A DNA stretch of 64,000 bases. It comes from an uncultured Chloroflexia bacterium. Lineage in GTDB: Bacteria > Chloroflexota > Chloroflexia > QHBQ01 > JADMIH01. The translations under genes and the position numbers were made by a program. The stretch lies in contig CAWCNY010000006.1 of assembly GCA_963797095.1 (NCBI GenBank), positions 704,001 through 768,000 on the forward strand. Reading direction: 5' to 3'. Under the pieces are notes generated by a model. That model worked only from the letters and a program-made list of their open reading frames with translations, was not told the origin of the DNA and did not search any database. Shown one piece after another: positions 18,361-27,030 of this stretch (position 1 is its first letter; every line of letters starts with the position of its first letter).

Positions 18361-20868
18361 ATGGCTAAGAGTAAGGCTACACATGCTAAGAAGGTTGAGT
18401 GTCCGACTTGTCACGAACATGTGGTGCCGGACAACGGATATTGCCCGAATTGCGGATCACCTATAGAGGTTAAGGCCGATGGATCTGTGGCCGCGCCTTC
18501 AGGCTCCAGCACGGCTGCGTCAGCCGATGCGGCTGGTGCCGGGACCGTGACTTGCCCTGTTTGCGGCACGCAGAACAAGGCCGGTGAGGAGTACTGCACC
18601 AATTGCGGCGCGCCGCTGGCGGCTGTGCTGGGTGGGAATGGTGCCGGCGCGGCGGCTGGTACGGCGTCAGCGGGGGGAATAGGGCAGGCGATCGAGTGCT
18701 CGGTGTGTGGGAGCGAGATCCAGGCGGGCGAGGAGTATTGCCCGAATTGTGGCGCGCCACGAAGCGCGTCTACCGCTCTTGCGTCGCCTGATGGAAAGTC
18801 GGCGGATGGAGCGCAGGGCGATGGGCAACCGCTTGTTTGCCCGAATTGTGGCGCGCCCCTGAGGCCGGGGGCCAAGTTCTGCCGTGAGTGCGGGCAGCGT
18901 TTTACGGGGCTGCCGACCGACAAGGGTACGCCCGCAGCAGAGCGTGGGTTGCAGGTCGGGCAGATCCTGGCCGGGCGGTACAAGCTGGTATCGGTGATCG
19001 GCGGCGGCGGCATGGGTATGGTGTTCAAGGCGTTCGACCTGAACCTGAAGACGCGGCAGGAGCCTGAGGGGAGGCCGGCGGCGGTGAAGGCGATCCTGAA
19101 CACAAGCGACCCCGAATTGCTGGCACAGGCGGTGGACGAGCGCGAGATGTTGATCCGTCTGGATCACCCGAATATTGTGCGCATTTACGATATTGTGCAG
19201 GATAAGGGCGTTCCTTATATAGTGATGGGGTTCGTGAAGGGGACCAGCTGGAAAGAGATGTACGACCAGAACGGGGGGCCGCTGCCTGAGGGAGAGGCGC
19301 TGAGGCTGCTGCTGGGGATACGTGGGGCGTTCGAGTATTTGCATGGCAGGACGCCTCCGGTGGTGTACCGCGACTTCAAGCCCGGCAACGTGATCCAGGT
19401 GGACGAGGGGAACGGCAGGGTGCGACAGGTGCTGATCGACCTGGGAACGGCGATGGAGTATTTTCCAGGCCAGAAGCGCGAAGCGTGGGGCACTGTTGGG
19501 TTCGCGCCGCCTGAGATCGGTGGGATTTGCGAGCAGCCACCCTCGATGGACTTGTTTGCTATCGTAAGCACGCTGGCGGCGCTGCTGGGGGTGGACGTGA
19601 GCAACCAGGGGATCGGGGCACCCCCCAGGAACGAGTGGCCCGTGTCGCCTGAGATCTATGATTTCGTGGCGCGGGGGCGTGATGCAGACCCGCGCGTGCG
19701 CTTCCAGACTGTGACCGAGTTGTTCGACCAGTTGGAGGGAATAGAGCGGTTCATCAGGGGACAGGAGCGGGCACGGCTGGCGGGCAAAGGCACGATGAGC
19801 GGGCACGGCACAAGCCCGCTGACAGGGTCGCTGGTGCCAGTGCAGAGCACGATCATCACGGGACGGCTTACCTCAACGGTGCAGGGGACGACGGGGAGGA
19901 TCAGCGCGCTGCCTGCTCTAAGCTCGGCGGATCCTGCCGGGCAGATGTTGCAGGAGGCGCGGGATTTGATGTCGGCGGCGCGTTACCCTGAGGCGTTGCA
20001 GCAGATCGATGCGGCGCTGAAGATGCACCCGGCCAGTATCGACGGCTATTTGCTGCGAGCGGCGGCGTTGAACAACATGGGGCAGGTGGATGCTGCTAAG
20101 GAGTTGCTGGCGCAGGCCGACAGGTTGAGCACCCCCGCGACGCGCTGGCGCACGCTGCTGGTGGACGCACAGGCGGCTGAAGCGGCTGGTGACTATAAGA
20201 AGTCGGAGACGCTGTTCGGGGACCTGATTAAGCTGGTGCCGGGTGAGGTGCTGCCGAAGCAGGCGCTGGCCGATATTTACCGTCAAACGGGAAGGTATCA
20301 GCAGGCCGCCGAGTTGTACGGGCGGGTGGTGGCGGCGGACCCTGCGAACGCCGACGCGGTGCTTGGATGGGCCGATAGCCTGGTGGCGTTGAACCATACG
20401 AACGATGCTATCAGTGTGCTTGATGCGGTGAACGAGAACGCGCTCCGGTTCGTGGACGCGCAGTTGCGACTTATCGAGTTGTACCTGGCGAGGATCGATG
20501 CTTACCTGAGCAAGCAGTGGCGTGTATTGCGCGGCCTTGGGCAGAACAACCCCGATTTGCAGGCTTTGTGGGGCGACCTGGGGTTGGCAGGGAGGGCTAT
20601 TGCGGGGTTGAACGATAGGACGGAGTTGACTCACTATTACAGGTTGCAGGCCGATTGGTGGTACGCGGCATACAGGCTATCGAAGGCGGGCAAGCTGCCG
20701 CCCAATTTGGAGTGGCCCGACAGGCGTCCGCACAAAGCGGACAACCCCGAAGAGATCGGAGAGGCGTGCCGGGAAGCGTACAAGCGCTATTTGCAGCGCT
20801 CCCCCGACGCGGTGGATAGAGAGGATGTGTTGGCCCGGATTTACTTCGATGTGGAGGAGTGGCAATGA
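18361..20868 (+). CDS. PknG-like Ser/Thr protein kinase with four N-terminal zinc ribbons and C-terminal TPRs
   Basis: Eight CxxC; GGGGMG.V, AVK, YRDFKPGN, LIDLG and GTVGFAPPE motifs; DPA and PGEVLPKQALA in the TPR region resemble PknG. Confidence 0.9.
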   Translation: MAKSKATHAKKVECPTCHEHVVPDNGYCPNCGSPIEVKADGSVAAPSGSSTAASADAAGAGTVTCPVCGTQNKAGEEYCTNCGAPLAAVLGGNGAGAAAGTASAGGIGQAIECSVCGSEIQAGEEYCPNCGAPRSASTALASPDGKSADGAQGDGQPLVCPNCGAPLRPGAKFCRECGQRFTGLPTDKGTPAAERGLQVGQILAGRYKLVSVIGGGGMGMVFKAFDLNLKTRQEPEGRPAAVKAILNTSDPELLAQAVDEREMLIRLDHPNIVRIYDIVQDKGVPYIVMGFVKGTSWKEMYDQNGGPLPEGEALRLLLGIRGAFEYLHGRTPPVVYRDFKPGNVIQVDEGNGRVRQVLIDLGTAMEYFPGQKREAWGTVGFAPPEIGGICEQPPSMDLFAIVSTLAALLGVDVSNQGIGAPPRNEWPVSPEIYDFVARGRDADPRVRFQTVTELFDQLEGIERFIRGQERARLAGKGTMSGHGTSPLTGSLVPVQSTIITGRLTSTVQGTTGRISALPALSSADPAGQMLQEARDLMSAARYPEALQQIDAALKMHPASIDGYLLRAAALNNMGQVDAAKELLAQADRLSTPATRWRTLLVDAQAAEAAGDYKKSETLFGDLIKLVPGEVLPKQALADIYRQTGRYQQAAELYGRVVAADPANADAVLGWADSLVALNHTNDAISVLDAVNENALRFVDAQLRLIELYLARIDAYLSKQWRVLRGLGQNNPDLQALWGDLGLAGRAIAGLNDRTELTHYYRLQADWWYAAYRLSKAGKLPPNLEWPDRRPHKADNPEEIGEACREAYKRYLQRSPDAVDREDVLARIYFDVEEWQ

Positions 20869-20911
20869 GTTGTGGTGAGTAAGTATATGGTGAAACGAAG
20901 CAACAACGTGG

Positions 20912-21025
20912 TTGTCATCCTGAGCGAAGCGAAGGATCTCGCTCCTCGCGAATACCTTTTGGCGTGGCGCTCTCTCAAAGCGTGATCTTGGGGATCGAGA
21001 TCCTTCGCTTCGCTCAGGATGACAA
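20912..21025. repeat. REP-like palindrome with 30-bp perfect arms
   Basis: TTGTCATCCTGAGCGAAGCGAAGGATCTCG at 20912-20941 and its exact reverse complement at 20996-21025. Confidence 0.95.
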
Positions 21026-21110
21026 AGGCGACGGGGTGGCTTTGACGAACATTTGCCTTATCAGCGAGCCTTTGTTGAGGACAACGAAGGTTGATGGGAG
21101 AGTTCACTGG

Positions 21111-21401
21111 ATGATGAAGTATTACGTTTACATCATGTCCAATCAATCGCGAACGATTTATGTTGGAGTAACCAATCATCTGGAACGTCGTGTATACGAG
21201 CATAAGCAGAAACTGATTGAGGGGTTCGCAAGCCAGTACAATGTCACCAGGTTAGTATGGTTTGCTGAGACTGAGGATGTGCGTGATGCTATTGCGCGAG
21301 AGAAGGGGATCAAAGGTTGGCTCAGGGCTAGGAAGAAGGCTTTGATTGAGGAAATGAACCCTGGGTGGGAGGATCTTAGCACTGCATGGTTCACTAGATG
21401 A
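21111..21401 (+). CDS. Small GIY-YIG nuclease (UPF0213/YhbQ-like)
   Basis: YYVYIM...TIYVGVTN.LERRVYEH and AI.REK.IKGW.R.RK..LI...NP.W.DL motifs; GGGAG RBS. Confidence 0.92.
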   Translation: MMKYYVYIMSNQSRTIYVGVTNHLERRVYEHKQKLIEGFASQYNVTRLVWFAETEDVRDAIAREKGIKGWLRARKKALIEEMNPGWEDLSTAWFTR

Positions 21402-21500
21402 CACCCCTTCGTGGGTAGGTCATGCTGGAAGTGTATGGGGCTTTACGCCTGGTGGGTCGGCTTTTGCCTGGGTAGTTGTCGATGCTTGATCAGTAGAGAG

Positions 21501-21530
21501 CGAGATCCTTCGCTTTGCTCAGGATGACAA
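21501..21530. repeat. Third copy of the palindrome arm
   Basis: CGAGATCCTTCGCTTTGCTCAGGATGACAA, one mismatch to 20996-21025. Confidence 0.9.
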
Positions 21531-21616
21531 AAGAACAATGGTGGCTTTCCTAATAGAATTTCGGGACTCGGATATTGAATAGAGGCGAGGCTAAGACGTT
21601 TTGGTGAGGAGAAAGA

Positions 21617-22921
21617 GTGATGGTGAAGTTTAGAGTGACGCCGCACCCGGCTGAGGCGCAGGTTTTGCAGGGGCAGAATATGGCCCGCGTTATGTATGAT
21701 GTGGGGGCCGACGCTAGCGCGGGGCCTTCGGGGCCGGGGGCTGTGCCTGTCTTCCTTAGCGTGGTGCTTGACCAGTCGGGGAGCATGGAGGGGCAGAAAC
21801 TGTACGCCGCCAAAGAGGCGTTGTTGCGGTTGCTGCACCAGGTGCCTTCGAACGATAGAGTGATAATACAAATCACGTTGTTCAGCGATGATGCGCAGGA
21901 GTTCCTCGCGCCTATTTCAGGGACGGATTTACAGAAGCGGATGGAGCCTGTTTCGAGAGATGTCCAGAATATCGCCGCCGGCGGAGCTACGTCGCTTGGG
22001 AGCGGGTTGCGGGTGGCGTTGCGCGCCTCGCGGCCCTATTCAGAGTATGCTCGGCGCGTGTTGATGATCACCGACGGCAAGCAGGAGGGCACTCTCCCTG
22101 TTAGCGATGCTTACAAGGCAGCCAACGAGCTTGCCTCCGCGGGGATCAGAGTCGATGCCTGGGGCGTGGGCAACGGCTGGGAGGCCGACCAGTTGCGCAC
22201 CATCGCGCACAACACCGGGGGAGAGGCCGATGCTTTGCCCGATGCTTTCGGCCTGGTCGATGCCGTGACGCAATTGTTCTCTGACGTTCAGAGCACAAAG
22301 GCCAGCAACGTGCGCCTGGTGCTGAACACCCCCGTTGGCACGCTGATCAAGAGCGTGCGGCAGGTCTACCCGTCGGTGCAGGATAGAGCGGCACAGATGA
22401 TAAACGATCAGAAGTGGGTTATACCTATCGGGGCGTTGACCCAGGAAGAGCCCAAGTTTGTCATCGAATTGGAGACCACGCCAAGGGGAAACAACATACC
22501 ATTCCGCATCCTGGTGCCGACGGTGCTCTATAACCTGGGGAGCGAGGAGTTCGCGGATGAACTGGATAGGTCAGCGTGGTTCTTCGTGAGATGGGTAGGA
22601 TCGCCGGGCGAAGTGAAGATGGACGACCAGTTGACGCGCTTCACCGGAGAGGAGGAGATCGCCAGCCTGTCTCAAGAGGGTTTCGCACTGCTTGAGGTGG
22701 GCGCGGTGGACGAGGCTACCGCCAAGCTGAGCGCGGCGCTCACCAAGGCTGTGCAGATCAACAGCCCACAGGCGGTGGTGTTAAGCGCCGTTGTGAACCC
22801 GAAGACAGGGCGACTGGTGAGCACCAACGCCAGCGACGCGATCAACAAGACAGGCAAACTGCATACCGGTAAGACAGGAAGGATCATTTCGAGCACGGGC
22901 AAACTGCCAGGACCACAATAA
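21617..22921 (+). CDS. von Willebrand factor A domain protein
   Basis: MIDAS residues LDQSGSM, GAT and ITDG; C-terminal TG[RK][LI] repeats. Confidence 0.9.
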   Translation: MMVKFRVTPHPAEAQVLQGQNMARVMYDVGADASAGPSGPGAVPVFLSVVLDQSGSMEGQKLYAAKEALLRLLHQVPSNDRVIIQITLFSDDAQEFLAPISGTDLQKRMEPVSRDVQNIAAGGATSLGSGLRVALRASRPYSEYARRVLMITDGKQEGTLPVSDAYKAANELASAGIRVDAWGVGNGWEADQLRTIAHNTGGEADALPDAFGLVDAVTQLFSDVQSTKASNVRLVLNTPVGTLIKSVRQVYPSVQDRAAQMINDQKWVIPIGALTQEEPKFVIELETTPRGNNIPFRILVPTVLYNLGSEEFADELDRSAWFFVRWVGSPGEVKMDDQLTRFTGEEEIASLSQEGFALLEVGAVDEATAKLSAALTKAVQINSPQAVVLSAVVNPKTGRLVSTNASDAINKTGKLHTGKTGRIISSTGKLPGPQ

Positions 22922-23039
22922 TTTTAGATTTTAGATTGCGGATTGAATAGCTCCAATTCCCGCAAATGGCTTCGGCGCTGACTAAGGCGAAGCTAAGAAA
23001 GATAGATCCGAAATCCGCAATCTAGAATCCGCAATCAAA
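22921..23039. repeat. Inverted pair of ATTTTAG/ATTGCGG heptamer tracts
   Basis: ATTTTAG ATTTTAG ATTGCGG, then AATCCGC AATCTAG AATCCGC. Confidence 0.8.
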
Positions 23040-23056
23040 GAGGGGGGTTTGGTTTA

Positions 23057-23866
23057 GTGATCACTTTAGATGAGTTGAGGCGGCTGGCTAACAGCGTTGG
23101 CATGGAGAGGCTGGTGATAGTGGGCGGTGCCGTGAGCGGTATCGCTATACTTGTGCTGCTGATCGGCTGGCTGCTGATCGGTTTTTGGGCGGGGTTGCTG
23201 GGGGCATTGGTGGTGCTGGTCGGTTTCTACTTGTCTCTACGGAATATCCTGGCGAGATTGGCGGGTGGAGCGACGTTAGGGGCGACCGGTGCGCCCACCG
23301 TGCGGATCGACTTGAGCAAATTACAGGGGAACGAGCGCGCGTATGTGCGGCGGGCGTTGGATAGGCGGGCCAGTATCGAGCAGGCGGTAGCGGGTGCGGG
23401 CGACCCCGGTGTGAAGCGGGCGCTTGTTGATGCCACGCGGGATTTGCCGGAACTTGTGCAGACGATCTATGAGCTGGCGTTGAAGTCGCAGGGCGTGGGG
23501 GATGCGTTGCGCTCATCGGGCACGATGGTGAGTTTAATACAGGATACACAGCGGCTTGACGCGCTGATCAAGTCGACAACAGACGAGTTTCAGAAGAGCC
23601 AGTACCGGGCCACACTGGACGGCAAGTTGCAGCAGATGCAGAATATGACGGATACCGAGGTTGCGCTCAAGCGATGGGACGCTCAACTGGGCAACGCGCT
23701 TGGCACGCTCGATACTATCCTGTCGCAGGTGCTGAGGATATCTTCATCGCAGGTGCTATCTTATACTGGGGAGACGGCTGACGACCTGTCGACCACCCTC
23801 AAGCGCGAGGTGGAGGAGTTGAAGGCCACTTCGGATGCGTTCGATAGCGTATACGGGCGGACATAA
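23057..23866 (+). CDS. Two-TM membrane protein with a helical/coiled-coil C-terminal domain
   Basis: Hydrophobic hairpin followed by heptad-rich helices; co-oriented with the vWA gene. Confidence 0.7.
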   Translation: MITLDELRRLANSVGMERLVIVGGAVSGIAILVLLIGWLLIGFWAGLLGALVVLVGFYLSLRNILARLAGGATLGATGAPTVRIDLSKLQGNERAYVRRALDRRASIEQAVAGAGDPGVKRALVDATRDLPELVQTIYELALKSQGVGDALRSSGTMVSLIQDTQRLDALIKSTTDEFQKSQYRATLDGKLQQMQNMTDTEVALKRWDAQLGNALGTLDTILSQVLRISSSQVLSYTGETADDLSTTLKREVEELKATSDAFDSVYGRT

Positions 23867-23969
23867 GGGACGGCGAAGGGCGAAGGACGATGACAGGTGA
23901 GTGCTGCATGAGTTGTGGTGCTCATGAGTTGTGGTGCTAAGGTGCAATCATGGAAGGCATCAGAGATAG

Positions 23970-24545
23970 GTGAGAGAAATGGCAGTACAAATCGGACGGC
24001 GATTGTTTACCATAGATGAGTTCGAGAAGATGATCAGCGATGGCATTCTTAAAGAAGATGAGCGTGTCGAGTTAATTAGAGGTGAGATCATCGATATGGG
24101 CCCGATCAAGCATCCGCACGCAGCCTGCGTGGCAATCTTGGAATTCCTGTTGGGAGAGAAACTTGGTAGGAGAGCATATGTTTGGGGGCAGAATCCGATA
24201 TGGTTCGATGATAGGAATCGCCCACAGCCGGATGTAGCTTTGTTGAAGTGGCGGGGTGATTTCTACCAGCGGAAACGACCAGGCGCGGAGGATGTGCTTT
24301 TGATTATCGAGGTCGCGGATACGTCTTTGCGGCACGACAGGCGTGATAAATCCACCTTATATGCGGAGGCAGGCATACCCGAATATTGGATCGCCAATAT
24401 CAAAGAACGAGTGGTTGAGGTCTTTTCAGAGCCTGTCAACGGTACGTATCAGAAGACCTGGACGGCAAAGGCGGGCGACACAATATCTCTGCCGGGCGAT
24501 TTGCAGGCAGAGATAGACGTTAGCGAGATATTCGACATAGAGTGA
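23970..24545 (+). CDS. Uma2 family (DUF820) putative endonuclease
   Basis: ERVELI.GEI, PQPD and IEVADTSL..D...K..LYA.AGIPEYWI motifs. Confidence 0.92.
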   Translation: MREMAVQIGRRLFTIDEFEKMISDGILKEDERVELIRGEIIDMGPIKHPHAACVAILEFLLGEKLGRRAYVWGQNPIWFDDRNRPQPDVALLKWRGDFYQRKRPGAEDVLLIIEVADTSLRHDRRDKSTLYAEAGIPEYWIANIKERVVEVFSEPVNGTYQKTWTAKAGDTISLPGDLQAEIDVSEIFDIE

Positions 24546-24549
24546 GAAT

Positions 24550-25990
24550 ATGGCAACAGTAGCAATTGGAAACAGTACCGGTGCGGCTCCGCAGGCCGTG
24601 GCGGCTCGTGGTGTTAGAAGCAACTCGCGAGTTGGGCGGCTGCGGTCGTGGATGCTGGCTATCGTGGCGGCTTCGGTGTCGTTCAGTTTGCTTGCCGGAT
24701 TTATATCCTGGCAGGCCAACCTGGTGACCTACGACAACTACCGTAAAATCGTGGATGAGGGATCGGTAAGCGTCGACTCGGCGTTGCGGGCGAGAGCCGC
24801 TGTGCTGGACCACATGAGCGCGGCGGCTACCTATCTTGAGACGACAGGGGCAAACCAGCCGGCGGCGGAGGAACGGGCGCGCGAGCGGTGGGCGGCTTTC
24901 AGCGACGAGGCGAGGCGGTCGTGGCAGAACCTGACCGACAGGAACTCATGGCGAGTACGCGGTATACTCGGCGGCGGACTCGGCGGCGAGCGACTATATC
25001 CAACAGATCGGGGCGATGTTCTCGTATTACCAGGCCGGAGAGGCCAATAGGGCGGGCGATGCCTTCCTTGAGGCGCGTGAAATATTGAATACGCGTTTGG
25101 TGCCTGCTCTGGGCGGTCTGGAAGCTGTCAAAGTTGAGGACATGGAGACGACCTACGCTGGCGCGGCGGAAACGATCTCAGGCTGGACTACAGCGCTGAC
25201 CTGGGGAGCGTTGGTGCTGGTCCTGATACTGGCAGCGGGGTTGCTGGCGATCAGGAGAATGCACTACCGGTGGTCATGGCCGGTGGGAGCGGCGCTTGTG
25301 GTGTGCGCGGCACTGGCTGGCCTGATGCTGTTTCAGTTGAACCAGGCGCGGAATGATGCGCGTGTGATGGTACGCGAGGCGTATGACAGCATAGCGGGTG
25401 TGCAGGACATGGCGGCGAACCTCAGCCAGGGGCGCGCGCTGGAGAGTATCGCCATATTCGACCCGGACCAGGCGGCTTCCCACCTCGGAGATTTCGACCA
25501 GTATATGGAGTTGGTGGAACAGAGGCTGTGCGGGCCTCGCGATTGCACGGCCAACACATTCCTTTCGGGAGGTGACCAGATCAGCGCGGCGGTCAGCGCG
25601 GCGGCGGTGGACGAGAAGAACAGGCTGGGTCTGGCTAGGTTGCCTCTGGTGGCGAACGTGACATTTCCAGGTCAGGCGGCTGCCTACGAACAGTTCCGCG
25701 TGAATTACAGGAAGTGGCTCGATGCGCATGCAACTTTGGCGCAACAGGTAGAGGCGCGGCAACTGGCCGCGGCATCCCAGACCTCAACGGGCGACAGCGC
25801 CTCGGCGTTCGCCGACGTTGTGGCGAGCGTGGACGCCGCTGGGCAGGTGGCACGCGCCGAGTATGACAAGATCTGGCAGGGCGTATACAGGACGACCACC
25901 ATCAACCAGGCGTTGGCCCTCGCCTTCCCATTGATGGGGTTGATCGGCGCATGGGGCGTGTGGGTCAGGCGTAGTGAGTTGTTTGCGTGA
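24550..25990 (+). CDS. GlnX-like membrane protein with two helical extracytoplasmic domains, split by a +1 frameshift near 24944
   Basis: Removing one A at 24944-24945 joins ORFs 24550 and 25016 into about 479 aa with a TM-helical-TM-TM-helical-TM layout. Confidence 0.6.
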
Positions 25991-26092
25991 GACGAGGAAG
26001 GACGACGAGTGACGAGTGACGAGTGATACGCAGTACGCAGTACGGACTCCGGGCGACTGACAACCATTAACTTTCGTCTTTCGTCTTTCGTC
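25991..26092. repeat. Mosaic heptamer tracts
   Basis: (GACGAGT)x3, TACGCAG units, then (TTTCGTC)x3 at 26072-26092. Confidence 0.85.
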
Positions 26093-26106
26093 CAGCGAGG
26101 TGAGTT

Positions 26107-26952
26107 ATGCGAATTGGGGTTGGGCTGCCTGGCACTTTGCCGGGGTCTGATGGTCGCTTGGTGTTGGAGTGGGCTCGGCGGGCTGACCGTGGGCCTTTCT
26201 CCAGCCTGGGAGTGCTCGATAGGCTCCATTACGACAGCTACGACCCTCTAAACGTGCTGGCGGCTGCGGCTGCGGTGACCGAGCGGGTGCTGCTGGCGAC
26301 CACTATCGTGGTGGGGCCGATGCACAATACCTATATGCTCGCCAAGAGCGCCGCCTCTGTGGATGCCTTGTCGGGGGGCAGGGTGGTACTGGGATTGGCT
26401 GTGGGGGCGCGCAAGGACGATTACGATGTCGCAGGGATAGACTATGGCGGCAGGGGAAGGCGGATGGTGGAGCAACTGGCCTCGCTACGCGATATCTGGC
26501 AAGAGGGCACGGTTAGCCCGACCGGAGCGCGCAAAGACGGGCCGCCTCTGCTGGCCGGCGGGTTGAGCGATGCCGGGTATGCGCGCATGGCCCGCTACGC
26601 GGATGGGTATGTGCATGGCGGTGGACCTACCAGGGCTTTCGCACGTGCGGCGGATAAGGCTCGATCGGCGTGGCTGGCCGCCGGGAGGCCTGGTATGCCG
26701 CAGTTGTGGGGACAAGGGTATTTCGCACTTGGTGGAGAAGAGGCTGCAGAGGCCGGAGCGCGCTATTTGCGCGAGTATTATGCCTTTACCGGAGCGTTCG
26801 CTGAGAGGATTGCCTCCGGTCTGCTGACCACCCCGCAGGCGATTGCGGGGTTCGCACGAGGCTATGAAGAGGCCGGGTGTGATGAGCTGGTGCTATTCCC
26901 CGCCATAGGTGACATATCGCAGTTGGATATGCTGGCGCAGGCGGTGAGGTGA
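26107..26952 (+). CDS. LLM class flavin-dependent oxidoreductase
   Basis: DPL..LAAAAAVTERV.L.T, LAK.AASVD.LSGGR..LG, R.ARYADG and G.DEL motifs. Confidence 0.88.
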   Translation: MRIGVGLPGTLPGSDGRLVLEWARRADRGPFSSLGVLDRLHYDSYDPLNVLAAAAAVTERVLLATTIVVGPMHNTYMLAKSAASVDALSGGRVVLGLAVGARKDDYDVAGIDYGGRGRRMVEQLASLRDIWQEGTVSPTGARKDGPPLLAGGLSDAGYARMARYADGYVHGGGPTRAFARAADKARSAWLAAGRPGMPQLWGQGYFALGGEEAAEAGARYLREYYAFTGAFAERIASGLLTTPQAIAGFARGYEEAGCDELVLFPAIGDISQLDMLAQAVR

Positions 26953-27030
26953 TGGAGGATAGTTCCAAGTTCCAAGTTCCTGGTTGTCGCTGATCGATTG
27001 TTGGTTGTTTTGATTTGCCTTTGATGATAT

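Noticed and set aside
20964-21110. Longer N-terminus for the GIY-YIG protein, and antisense ORF 20841-21203
   Set aside because: Both are read-through of the palindrome (ILRFAQDD / VILSEAKDL); the RBS supports ATG 21111.
14522-25990. Anti-phage or ter-type kinase/vWA/PP2C defence island
   Set aside because: Not excluded, but the PknG-like, GlnX-like and binding-protein components fit sensing better, and the two nucleases look like independent passengers.
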